A stretch of 62,305 nucleotides of DNA, counting the filler, from Choristocarpus tenellus KU-1152 (taxonomy: Eukaryota; Protista; Phaeophyceae): assembly GCA_964200185.2 (NCBI GenBank). It is 11 parts of 11 records of this genome, joined end to end, with 100 filler letters (N's around TTAATTAATTAA, not from the genome) between each part and the next. Parts side by side here need not be neighbours in the genome. Positions count along the whole stretch, not along the records: positions 35,098 to 39,327 come from CAXNAD020015572.1; positions 39,428 to 42,916 come from CAXNAD020019681.1; positions 43,017 to 46,703 come from CAXNAD020018516.1; positions 46,804 to 49,771 come from CAXNAD020023295.1; 7 more parts are not named here. One strand, written 5' to 3'. This document shows positions 35,799 through 48,089 of the stretch, one piece after another (the first letter of the stretch is position 1; the number at the start of each line of letters is the position of its first letter). Below the pieces are notes generated by a model. That model was given only the letters and a program-made list of their open reading frames with translations, was not told the origin of the DNA and did no database searches. Both the position numbers and the translations under genes were made by a program.

Positions 35799-36878
35799 TC
35801 AAGAAGATATTAAAACCAAGATACCAAATGTATAGACTCGTTGATTTAGAGAACATCCGACCTCTCCAGCACGACATGTCTGTCGAGGCATGTGTCTGAT
35901 TGGCGAAGTAGAGGGTGACTCACGAAGAGGAATTGGCCTAGGTAGCTCCTTAAAGCCATATCTCTCGTCCGTATGGCGGCAGTGTGGGACTTGTCCAGAA
36001 CTAGACCCATGTAGGAGCGTCTTGAATGTAGGAGCGTCTTGATCTATACTGTAGCGTTCGACAAGAAGCTGGGTATTTCGCAAGTCGCCATTCTCCCATA
36101 TAACCGCGTAGGGGTAGCTAACTCGCTCCTCTCCAACTTTCACGTGTAGTGGGGCTGGTACTTGGTCACGGTCCCTCGCATCCACTGATTGTCCCATCTG
36201 AAGTATAGTCCCCTGCCCTTGGCACTGGCATTGAGTGTTTCTCCCTCATCTAAATCCGGCAGTCCTCAGTGTCGGTTCAAGGAGTATATACTTCTCTGTA
36301 TCCTTCTCCATGTCCTTACGCTTTTGCTGGCGGCCAACAATCGACAAGCGGCGTCGTCTGGCACACTGGGCCGCAGCCTTGACACTGTCCCTCTTGTTCT
36401 TCTCCCAAAGTTGGTCGACACCCTCCTTGATCTCGTCCTCTGTCATGCACGACCTCAGATCAGGGGGCAAAGATTTCTCGCCATCGTCTGGAAGGTAGGA
36501 CACTGAGTAAAGGTACGCCCCTGAACCGTCTACGTGAACGTAACTGACCTTCCCCTATACGATAGCCCCCCCACTCTCCCATAGGATGAAGCTGGTTCCT
36601 CGGTCGAATCTGGCGTCGGATGTGTCCCCAAGTCTGAGTTGCCTTGAGAAGTGAGCAGGTATCCCACCAAGGGATTGCCGGTTGGATTCCAAGGTGAACC
36701 TCTGGTATTGACCAGGCAGGATCGTGAATGTGTTGTCCAGGTGGTTGTGGTGAATGTTTATGTAGTCCAGGATGATGATAGCCTGAAGGGGCACGATGCG
36801 GGAATCCAGTTGTGCGTCCTGCAGCACCACGAAGATGTTCGTTGCAGGGGCGGTGTTAGTGTATGGGACTATTGGCAT
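35799..36878 (-). pseudogene. Decayed intronless coding sequence of unknown family (possibly TE-derived)
   Basis: Three consecutive protein-like ORF pieces (36878-36555, 36503-36246, 36197-35799) can be joined by one frameshift and one stop read-through. Confidence 0.4.
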
Positions 36879-37389
36879 GTGTTTGTGCGTAACGGCCTTG
36901 TTGGTTGTATAGGGTTGTTTGTAGGAATGGAGAGTATTGATTTAGGATATAGGATACACTTAGGAAGCAAAATGAAGGCATGGAATATACGCTTATGGCC
37001 CTATGGAAGCTGTAGAATATTCTGTGAACGTTTACGATTGTGGTTGTAGAGTAGGAGAATAAAATTATACTTAGAACAATTGTGGTTTGGAGGTTAGCGT
37101 TGGATGTTGTGGGAGGATTTTATTTGTACATGAGGGGATATTAGGGGACATGTAACATCTGTGTGTCAACAGCGTCGATTGGTTCATGTGGAATATTGTT
37201 CTCTTAGTAACAATAAGAAGCGTTTCTCCGTCCGTGATATGCGAATAGTTGGCACTCTATCAACAAAACTGGCACTCAGCACCTTGAACTCTTCTGTGAC
37301 AAAGACTACCTCACCTCCAGCACTGTGAACATCCCTCCGTATATGAATTGCAAAAGATTGAATACCCAAAATATTATAAAAAAACCCGA

Positions 37390-37423
37390 CCAAAACCAGG
37401 GCATCTCTCGTTTAGTTTGGCTC
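37390..37423. mobile_element. Right TIR of MITE family C
   Basis: aaaaccagggcatctctcgtttagtttggctc matches the right end of the 51152 copy. Confidence 0.6.
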
Positions 37424-38215
37424 AGTATTAGGGACCTAACGCTGGTAGACGCAACTAAAGGTTGGTGGTAGGTACCAAAACATTCGCATTAAGGATCGAA
37501 CGTTCGAATTTACACCAATGTGGTGTTAAGGACCTAACGTTGATTGTTGTGATCAAAAACTTGATTATATGGACCAAAAGTTGGGAGTTCGTACCAAACA
37601 TTTGTATTAGAGACTAAACGTTGGAAAATGGGATTAAAAAAAATTGGTATCAGAAACCAAGGTGATATCAGTGAGCAAATATCGCAATGAGGGACCAACT
37701 ATTGGTCATAGCTACCAAATATTGGCACTATGGACCAAACCGTTGTATTGTGGACCAAACGTTGGTGTTAGGGACCACAAATTGGTATTAGGAATTACAT
37801 GGTTGTAGCAGGGATCAAATATTGGTGCTAGTGACAAATCATTGGTTGTAGAAACTAGAGTTGGCACTAAGGACCAAGCATTGTGGTAGGGATCAAATAT
37901 TGGTAGTTGGGACCAAACATTGGTAGTAGGGTCAAATTCGATAGTAGAAGAAATAAATAGTAGAGGGGACCAAAAGATGGTATTGGAGAGAACGTTGGTA
38001 TTTTGGGACCAAAGCAGTGTTGGGGACCACACGTTGGTAGATGGGACCAAACGTTGGTGGGATTACCAAGTGTTCATATGAGGGAACGAACATGGGAATG
38101 TGGGACCAACATGGTGTGAAGGACCTAACGTTACTTGTTCCGGTCGGACGCCGAAAATATGAACCAAACGATTGTAGGAGGAACCAATTGTTGGTAGCAG
38201 AGATCAAATACACTG
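37424..38215. repeat. Degenerate ~21-bp minisatellite (consensus near GGGACCAAACGTTGGTAGTA)
   Basis: Dozens of variants of ggaccaaa(c/t)(g/a)ttggt over ~800 bp. Confidence 0.85.
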
Positions 38216-38223
38216 TTGCCAAG

Positions 38224-39233
38224 ACTTGTGAATCACAGCAGTAATCCTCCCCCTTCCTCTGTCTGAAATCTGCACAATCAACGGCCCTGTACGTCCATTG
38301 CTCCAGTTGCATCCACCTTCCTCGTGAACACCATCTTCTCACAGGCACCCTATTACCATCTGTGGGATGAGATACTTGAATCCACACTCTCCTGGAATCC
38401 AAATAATTGACTTCCTCATCCATTGACCCTTTCCACAAGTTCCACTCCTCTGACTCCATTGCCTCTCTTATCGTCCTAGGTTCTGCTGGAACTACTCTCA
38501 CTTCCCACTAACAAGGCTACCAACCAGTCTCTTCTCTTACCTAGGTTTTCACTCCGATGGTTTGCCTGACTCAGGTGGAGGAATACTGTTCTATCTGCGA
38601 GTCTCAGTAACAGTGCATTTCTCCCACTCCCCTGCTGTGACTTCGGATCGGCAACACCCATATAAGTATCCAATACATCATCTGATCCCGTTATCTCCAC
38701 ATCCAAACCCGCTTACTGCCTGGTACCCCAGGACTTTAAAGAAGTCCCCTAACATCCTCTCGCCTGGAGTTATAAGCAGTTCCTTCCCCCGCTTGGACCT
38801 GATTCCACTTCCTCAAACATTAAATCCCCCGCCCCTAAACCCAAAGCCAGCTCCTTGTTGTCCATGACCTCATTGCTGGTCATGACTGACATCGGTTCTG
38901 AGTAAGGTTCACACACGTAGTCCCTCCTGTGGACCATTTGTCCAGAATTGAGAGGCAGGACCCGCAGTAAATTGGAAGGGTGGTTGCAGGAAAGTCCCAT
39001 CAACAAGTATGGTTCAGCTCTTGGAGTCGATATATGCAGACATTTATCCACTCTAATGTACCCCTTGGAACCCCAAAGGGGAAATAGATGATGAGCAGGA
39101 ACACCATAAAACACGTCATATGAGGACTTCCCGTAGGGATTAGCAGGTTTTGCGGACAGGTTAGTAAGAGTGTCAGCGATATTGTGTATTTCAGTCCACA
39201 ATCCCAGCCGATCCCCCAGACCAGCTCCGTGAA
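38224..39233 (-). pseudogene. Ty1/Copia pol fragment (integrase C-terminus/SH3 and start of RT)
   Basis: LWTE..A..LTN..ANP.GKS.YDVFYG..WGSKGY..PRAEP.LLMG..NHP; EPRTIREAMESEEWNLWKGSMDEEV..L..RVW. Confidence 0.85.
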
Positions 39234-39327
39234 GGGTCAAAGTATCTGGGGGGGGGGGGGTCGGCGTCCGTTTTTCACCCTTATTTCGATTTTCACTTTT
39301 TTGGTGCAATTTGGTGACACGTGCCGG
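39234..39327. mobile_element. Left part of MITE family A' abutting the Copia relic
   Basis: gggtcaaagtatctggggg..gcgtccgtttttcaccc, matching the 6311 copy. Confidence 0.82.
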
Positions 39328-39427
39328 NNNNNNNNNNNNNNNNNNNNNNNNNNNNNNNNNNNNNNNNNNNNTTAATTAATTAANNNNNNNNNNNNNNNNN
39401 NNNNNNNNNNNNNNNNNNNNNNNNNNN

Positions 39428-42400
39428 GGAAGACCAGGAGCCCAAGGAACAGGTGAAGGATGGCTCCTTTGGCAATGGCAAAGCTGGTGGGGGTGGGGGG
39501 GGTGTTCCTGAGGGAGGAATGGACCCCAGGGATTGGCCTGAGGCGGGTCGTGGTCCACAAAGGGATCGGCAGATATATGACCATAAGACGGGCAAGATGC
39601 GAGATGTGGAGGTGAGTAATTATGCTTGTGAGACTAGTGAGAATGGATCAGGGTGTAATTTCTTGGTGGATTATGTTGTGGATGGATTAAGAAGTCTAAG
39701 AACTCAAAAGGAGAGAATGAGTGAGAGTGATGTGTGCTCACTTATTAGTGCTTGCACATGAATGGATGAGATACACAGATAGGGTAGTTTGTTGCAATGA
39801 ATCTGTTCTCTTTGCACTAATCAGCAAGAAAGAGCAGCGGAAGATTAGCTCAACCCGCTCTGATTTCATACTGTTCCATACCAGGAGAGTGATAAGGCGC
39901 GTCCAGGAAGTGACAAGCCCAGGCCACCAGACCGCTCTCGACACCCTGAATGGCAAGACCAACAGGACCGAGGTGAGCGCCATGAAGGCTATGAACAAGG
40001 GAAAAACTTGTCTGTGTCAGGGCAACAGCAACAGCGTGACGAACATCCCCACCCAAACTATGGGGGGCAGCAACGTTTCCAGGGCCACAGCCCCAGCACC
40101 GGTCCCCGCTGGGATCGAGATAGGGACCATCGCTCAAGGGGCGATGTTAATGATCACAGGAATGGTCCAACTGGTGGTAGGGGGTTGGGAGGAGTGAGGG
40201 GTGGCGGTAGCAGTCGGGATGTAGGCCGTGAATGGGAAAGGGGACTGCCTCCACCCAAACCCCGAATGGAGCTTCAACATGGCAGGCGAGGCAGTGGTGG
40301 CGGTGCCAGTGGTGACACACGTGTGGACTCCAGAGGTAGGAGTGCTCCATCTCAGGGAGGGGAGTTCAATGAGGGCAGACCATCCTCCAATCGCAGGCGT
40401 CCCCTTCCTGGTGATGAACCAGTTGCCCCGTGGGGAGGATCACAAAAGGCCTCTGCACCAGCTCCTGCTTCTTCAGTGTTGGCTCCAGGTTTGGCAAAGA
40501 CACCTGTGTCAGTGTCGTGTTCAGCAGAAATCATCACAAAGGACCACACTCAGGGAGATTCAACTGTGTGTTCTTCAAGTGTTACCACATCTACCCCATT
40601 GCCTGTAGGGGTTCCTTCTCCAACTGCCCATGCTATTGCCAGTTCCACCGTAGTCCAATCCCCCTCCGTTCCCAAGTCAACAACTTGGGGTAAGGAAAGT
40701 AGCGGCAGCACTGGTGCACCAGTAGCAGAAGGAACAGTGGTACCAGCAAACAGTATGATGGGGATTGGGTCTCGGCAGCCAGCTTGGCAAAGAGCTCCTG
40801 GTAGTGCACCCCCCGCTGAGAGTGGTTATAGTGCTTTGGAGGACGTGGGAAATGCCAACAAAGCAGTTAAGATAGCATCAGCAGGGGCCGTGGCTGTTAC
40901 AATACCTGTGGTATCTGCTGAGCCAAGTAGCAAGAGAGGTCCTTCAGAGGAAGAGGTTGATAGGGAGACAATACGTGCTAGAGATGAGAGGGACCGAGAC
41001 CTGGCAGTACAGAGACGTCGTGCAGCGGCGGCGGCGGCAGCGGCGGCAGCTGAGGGTAGTTTGAGGAAGGAGGAGGCAAATAAAGCAGTGACAGCTTCAG
41101 CACATGAGCAAAAGGAGGAGCTGGAGGAGAGGAAGGACCAGGACCTGAAGAGAGAGAAGGTGCAGGACATACATAGAGTTGATGATAATGTTTGTCCTCT
41201 GTTGGTAGATTTGATGAGGAACTAGGCACTGGAGATGTGGTAATTGGGAATGATGAGGACTGCTTGGTTGATTTGGTGTAAATTTTCTGCATTATTTTTT
41301 TTGTTTGAACGGTTTTTGTGTTGTATATGTGAGAGGTTTTGTGTGTACATGAAACCTGATCAAGTGGGATCGATGCAATCATTGCTCCGTTTCATATTAT
41401 GTCCTTTCAATGAGAATGGCCTGTGGCCTGCGATCTAATTCCGAGTGTGCCATCACCATCATCTTGTCAAATTGGTTGTATAGCAAGCGGTGTGAAGGTT
41501 TTTTTGTTGTGTGTTACATGTTAGAAATATAAATGCCATGTTAAAAACCCATGATGGCATATCCCTTGAGGCAACACACACACACACACATACAACACAC
41601 ATAACACATAACACACAAACATGTAATCCGCCTGGCAGTGGCATTGATAATCTGTCCACACCAATAAGGGTTCCTGTTGGTGATCTTCCTACCCCCTCTC
41701 TCTCACCACTTTTGTGCTAATGGTTCCTCAGGCATCGAGTGCAGATAGAGAGCGAGCTAGGAGGGATCAAAGGGAGATAGAGGAGCATCGCCTGGAGGAG
41801 GAAAAAGCTCGAAGGCAAGTCTTTCCCCATGTTGTAGATTGTGTGTTGACTTCAGAGATGGAGGTTGTTGCATAGTTTTAGATACAGGTGTTGGGATTTG
41901 GGCTTGATGAGAGTGGGGGGAGAGTAACAGAAGTAATGAAAGGGGGTTTGAGGAGAGGGGAGTCTCTGCTCTGGTGTAGTTAGTATTGTTTGTTGGTTTT
42001 CGTCTGAGGGAGTGTGGGTATTGTACTTGCATTTTTTGAAATGCCGATATTCATAAGATGTCTCCTTTTGTTCTGTTTGTTATGGGCATGGCTTGGTTGA
42101 ACTTTTTGCATGGCAGCATGCAGTTTGATGTTTGTGTAGGAAGTTTCACAGACCAAAAAACCCTGGGGGGGGGAGGGGGGGATGGGTAGTATATAGTGAA
42201 GTTTGTTGGGTGTTTTGTGAGTGTGAGGATATAAGGTTGTGTTTGGGTAAGAGGCTCCAGGCCGTTTTCAGTGTGTTCTAGTAGCATGTCAATTTTTGAA
42301 ATCAACGCCTCCATTGAATATCTTTCCAGTATATTATTGCTACTCACCTTCTTGTTGTGATCCAATTGCCATTGTTGATTTGATAATGGTCTTGGGGCAA

Positions 42401-42845
42401 GGGGAAAAAGTTGTAGAGATTGAGGCGGGGGCTTGAAAGTATTTTTTATTTTGTACCACCTGGCCTTGCAAGGCATGAGTTACACATTTGTCAGAACACA
42501 AACCAAACTCATCCTGTACTGTACCCGCCTTACTCTGATTCTTTGTGTTCTCCTTTTTTGTAGGGTACATTGTACTAGTTGGATCTTTTTAAGGTACATA
42601 TTTTAAAGCTGTAAATGATAACAATATATGTGCCCTTTTTTTGTCAATTCAGGGAAGCACGACAGAAGGAGAGTGCAGCGAGACCTCCTCGAACCAAGGG
42701 TGTACTCTATGTGTTTCCCCCTAATGATGTGAATGCCAGTGTTGGTGTCAGTGATAGTGATGCCCGCAGTAATGTACAGGGTGGATTTTCCTCTGTGCAG
42801 CCAATCAATGCTGATATTCCCATAGGAGAAGAAGATCCCATGCAG
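39428..42845 (+). CDS. Large low-complexity R/G/E/S-rich protein, internal exons <39428-39611, 39885-41159, 41732-41814, 42653-42845 (weak resemblance to PRRC2/BAT2-type proteins)
   Basis: Long open exon of 425 codons; phase-consistent junctions including a GC donor; short conserved-looking motifs IYDHKTGKMRDV and PPRTKGVLY. Confidence 0.7.
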
Positions 42846-43016
42846 GTATGTTTCAGGTGGAGTTGGATGGGGGGGGGGGGGGGGGGGTGTTGGCACAAAC
42901 CCACCCCCACTTCACTNNNNNNNNNNNNNNNNNNNNNNNNNNNNNNNNNNNNNNNNNNNNTTAATTAATTAANNNNNNNNNNNNNNNNNNNNNNNNNNNN
43001 NNNNNNNNNNNNNNNN

Positions 43017-43126
43017 CCTGCTCGAAATATTTTGGAGTAGGAATATGTCACAATAAACCCCATGGGAAGCCAAGCCCCAAATGGACAAACAGGGCAAAAC
43101 TCATACCCTCTAAGATACTTTCACTC
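43017..43126. mobile_element. Right part of MITE family B
   Basis: ..cagggcaaaactcataccctctaagatactttcactc. Confidence 0.82.
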
Positions 43127-43564
43127 TTTGGTTCAAATAGGAGTAGATGCCTTGAATGACGACCCTCTATAACCTGGTCACCACTGTACCCAGTAAACGT
43201 TCTTTTTTCATATGAGTGTTTTCTCTCTTACTACGATCGATCAGACGCATGTTGCTTCTTCATATTTTAGACATCTCTTCCAATATATTTCTTGGAGACC
43301 TTTGTTTCTTCTCTCCACCTACGTCTTTCCACACTACCAATATCTTCATCATGTCTTCAATATACTTTTCCCAGTAAAATATTATGACGTATAGTTGAAT
43401 TCACATTGTTACAACATCTCAATTACTGTTCATCCAAAACATAGCAATGAGCGTAACCTACTCACTGTATAAATTGACGTGAAGTGATAGGAGTAAGTGC
43501 ATTCCTCGGTCAATTATTCCTACAGTTTGTTGGGCACACAAACAAAATGTACAAGTCGTCTGAA

Positions 43565-43745
43565 GTCTCAAAGTATCTAGGGGGGGATGGCAGCTGTCCA
43601 TTCCGTAACGCAGCTGTCCATGTCGCGAACTTTGGGTGATTTGGATGCATGCATCGAATGGATGATGTGAGTACACTTCTGCTGGAGAGGGCCCGAATGG
43701 ACACCCTGGTGTAGACCTCCCCCCTCCCCCCAGATACTTTGAGCC
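43565..43745. mobile_element. MITE family A (181 bp)
   Basis: TIR gtctcaaagtatctagggggg / cccccagatactttgagcc; flanks tgaa/agaa (4-bp TSD with one mismatch). Confidence 0.87.
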
Positions 43746-45597
43746 AGAAAACATAGCGTTTGCCTTCTTCTAGCCACCTATGTTTTATAGGACATTTATA
43801 CTCTCTATTAACATAATCCAAACACTGATAGCAAGCGAAAGGCAAGGGTAGTAACGTGTTTTGGTTGAGTGAAGAAAAGTAAAATCTTATACTCAAGAAT
43901 TAATGATGGCATAGAGCAAGTATTCTAGAGAGGTTGATCACGATATGTGAGTAACACGTAAGTAAGGAATATATTTATGTAATATGCATTAACAAGAGAA
44001 AACCATTATGTTCTCATACTCCACCAGCAAACGAAGAAAAATTGTGCTTTAGGTCACCAAACTAAGTACTCTATTGCTTGCCCATCAGTAGAATAGGACC
44101 ATACATACACCAAACAAAATCAATTTACAACAAATGTTGCAACTACACATAGTACATAACCATATTTGCTGACATCAATGCAAGATGAACACAATGCTCC
44201 AATAGTAGAGCTCTACAACAAAGTACAACGGAACAATGTTCAAGTTGTTGGTCCCTTTCATGCCCATGGTCTGCTCACTCACAATGTGGAGTCTCCTGTT
44301 TGTCTAATTTGCTCACCAAAAAGCAGGAACCAGGAAATAATATACACAAATCATATACCATGTACTATGCTCTCTCCTCACCCACCTTCCACAACTACTA
44401 TCCCCCTTCCCACTATCATCATCACTACCACTACTATTGACTGAAAAATGGACTGCACAGCCCACATCCTGGATGAGGTTCCATCATCATTTGCCCATCA
44501 CACTCTACACCAGACGTCCTTCCCATGTACATGAACCATACAATAAAAACAACATAATAGTACCTAGAGCTAAGCTGTAGCCACAAAGGTCTCACGTTAG
44601 CTTGCCCTTCTTGGTTCCTCCCAATCGTTACCCTTCAACATGACTCCTGCCTGGAATGTTTCACCCCTCCCTCTCAGCTCAACCTTAACCTTGACTCTAC
44701 TCTCCTTCCAATGGAATGGCAATACACCATGCCTTCACAAGTCCTCAGTGCCCACTTCTAACCTCACATTACACCACTACAAACAACATTGCTTCCTCCC
44801 CTACCATAGATAAAACTCCAACGTGATTGACGTTACACTTAGCAAAGTGAGTGATGCAGCAGTACTTCTACTCTCCTTGAGTCTACCTCATTTCCTACTG
44901 CAGTGCATTCAATAATCCAACACTCTATATCACCATTCACTCATCCATCCCTAGTGCTTCCTCCTTCCAAACCACACATATCCCCCAATATTGTTCCTCC
45001 CAACTATGTGTATGTCAAAATCCTCACACGTCAACCAATACAACCCACCCCTTCCTTGATATTCTCAACAGTTATCTCACAAACACAAATGACCTATGCA
45101 ACTCTCAGCCATAGTAGCCTTGGCAAATCGGAGTACACTATTCAATATTCGAAATCTGGGCTATGACAGCACAACCAGGTGAAAATCAGTTCGTGCCTCG
45201 TATACATCACCTACCAAATCTTGGCCACAGGAGAACAAATCATACTGCTACGTGACTGAGACCACAATCCTATTGCAGTCCAGGGACTTCCCAAGTCATC
45301 TCCACAACACTTCAACACTTCAACACGCACACACACACATATGATCAATAAAATGCATGTTTCCTGCTTGAATCACACTCAAATTACACTCCTACATACC
45401 ATCAATACCCTAGCACTCATCAATGGATAACATAGTTGTGACTGATGGAGCTGAGCCTAACCCGAAATCAAACACATATCCTCATGCTCATTGACCAAGG
45501 AAACTCAGTGCTAATGACCAGACCACTCACGTATGCACTGCGCAAGCGCCCTTCCATACACCAACAATCATCCTGACGCCCAAAGGGTCTCAGGTAA

Positions 45598-45849
45598 GAG
45601 TCAACGTATCTTAGAGGGTAGACCCGCGTCCATTTGGGGGCCAAAATCCAATGTTTCGATTCTGATGTACGTTTGGCCATCGTGCTTGTTAGGAAGTGTC
45701 AATATCCTTGTTCCAGACCCACCTCTTCATAAGGTGTACATTTCACCTATGCCAAAATATTTTGGAGTAGGAAAACGTCGTAAAAACCCCAAGAAAGGTC
45801 AAGCACCAAATAACAGGGAAAGCTCGTACCCATTAAGATACTTTCATTC
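45598..45849. mobile_element. MITE family B (252 bp)
   Basis: TIR gagtcaacgtatcttagagggta / tacccattaagatactttcattc. Confidence 0.85.
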
Positions 45850-47327
45850 TGAATAAACCACAACACAACAAAAAGCATCCCCAGGTGGGGGAGGGTCTAA
45901 ATTGCAGACGTCATCAAGGCAGAGGGCCAACACAGGTGGTGTATTTGGAGAGTTTTTTCACAGACTCTCACTACAATTTCGTGACTAGAAGAACCAATAG
46001 AGATTTCAATATGTAGATAGAATGATGTAATGCCACACGACATCAATGAGAACACGTGGTAATACTAGCTCCCCTTCTAAACTTGACACCAGATAACATA
46101 CATATATACATAAATACATACATAGACATACACCTACCCGTCCCTACCTTTGGCGGGTTCATGCACAAATGAGGCCATAAGGCCATGTGCCAGTGCCCCT
46201 CAATCTTCACAAGGCAACAGGGACCCTCCTCCAGGAACATATATGAGATGAAGTGATGCCATAGATCAAGGTCACGTACCAATTAGGATAAATCTCTTCA
46301 TCACCCACCACTATTCAACCCTCGCTCCCTGGCCCTGGCCCTGGCCCAGCCCCAGATGACGGCATAGACACTGGGCCCATGGCATGCACCACACCTCTAA
46401 AATACCTGAGCGTATAGTACAAACCAACCTCTGGGCTTAGCTTAGCACATCGTCTCGACCTTCACAGCACTACACCAGATACATTCACACCCCTAGTGCG
46501 GTGAGTTCGTTTCAAGGGGGGAATGTCTCTGTCAACATCATCGGGGTCTCCTCCCATGCATACACCACCAACCTCACTGGAAGGTCCCACATCTCCAAAC
46601 TGGCTGAAATATTTAAATAGGAGGAACCTGGCTTGTGCTCAGGGTCAACCACAGAAACAGAGTCAGGCTTAGGTCCTTGATCAGGGACCTAAGCCTTACT
46701 CTGNNNNNNNNNNNNNNNNNNNNNNNNNNNNNNNNNNNNNNNNNNNNTTAATTAATTAANNNNNNNNNNNNNNNNNNNNNNNNNNNNNNNNNNNNNNNNN
46801 NNNCCCCCCCGAATACTTTGGGTCAGTAGAGGGTTTCCCTTACCCAGGAGGCGATACTTTGCTACGGATGCACACGCCTCCAGTACAAAAAAAAAGATGC
46901 ATCGATAGCGTCGGTTCACTACAAGGAACACAAGTGGAACAAAGCATGAGAATCATTAGACACTTTCCTATCAAGAAATAGAATACTAAACCAATACTGC
47001 ACTAATGTAAACGCACCCACACAGATAGAAGACAAAATTCCTCGTCATGGATCAATAAATCTCTTCCGCCCTTATATGCGAAGTCAAGTCAATCTGTTTG
47101 AGTGTGTGTCATTTTAATTCAACCTTGAGGAGGGAGGACCCGTTGAAGAGACCGCAATGAATAAAAAAAATAAAATATATATATTTAAAAAATAAAATAA
47201 CATCTAGTCTACAATTATTTGAGTTTTAAAAGTCTTGTCGATAAAGTGTGTTACAAAACATTTAAAAAATAGAAACCCTAACCCTAACCCCAAAACACCA
47301 ACCGTGAAAACTAACACACAACCCTGA

Positions 47328-47410
47328 GAATCAACCAATCAAATCCACCGTACAAAAACCAACCAATCAGAATCAACCAATCAAATCCACCCTACAAAAC
47401 CAACCAATCA
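47328..47410. repeat. ~42-bp tandem repeat x2
   Basis: gaatcaaccaatcaaatccacc(g/c)tacaaaa(a)ccaaccaatca repeated. Confidence 0.8.
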
Positions 47411-47815
47411 CCCTAAATGATCGTATCAACCTCTAACAATCAAATCAATCTGTATTGATTCGTATCCCTCAACCAAACACAACCACAAGTGACAAAACCA
47501 AGTAGACCTCTCTCCCTCAGCCAAGCCAGCCATCATACAATACTTCACACATAGTGCTAACATTTCATACCTTGATGGTAGTTATGTTAATTACATGTTA
47601 CAGTCACATGCAATTTGGACCAGAACATCACCGTCACTACAACAAAAAATAAATAAAAACTAGAGATAATCGCCCCCGCATCCCACATAAAAACCGAGTA
47701 CCTCATCTCTATAGGGGCCACAGAATCAAACACCAACACAAAAGTCAGACAACAAAGTACATTGAAGGGGGCTCGATGACAGAAGGCCAAGGGCTTGTTG
47801 TACATGTCTTGGACA

Positions 47816-47995
47816 AGAGTGTTATTTGCACTACATAGTGTTATGGGTACTACAGAGTGTTATTTGCACTACATAGTGTTATGGGTACTACAGAGTGTTA
47901 TTTGCACTACATAGTGTTATGGGTACTACAGAGTGTTATTTGCACCGCATAGTGTTACCCACACAACATAGTGCTATGGGCACTACAGAGTGTTA
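47816..47995. repeat. 38-bp minisatellite, about 4.5 copies
   Basis: agagtgttatttgcactacatagtgttatgggtactac; the first three copies are identical. Confidence 0.92.
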
Positions 47996-48089
47996 AGCAT
48001 GTCTTCATGTCCATTTTTGTTGAGGGTGTAACACAGTGTTGAGTGTTACGTTATCCAAGGTGTGCCATGGTTTATCGAGTCACACTCAC

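Noticed and set aside
37712-38244. ORFs with repeating W/P/T pattern
   Set aside because: Translation of the 21-bp minisatellite.
43746-46650. Possible minus-strand exons in this contig
   Set aside because: No phase-consistent exon chain or recognisable protein motif found.
47816-47995. 38-bp identical repeats of CRISPR-like length
   Set aside because: Head-to-tail with no spacers; ordinary minisatellite.
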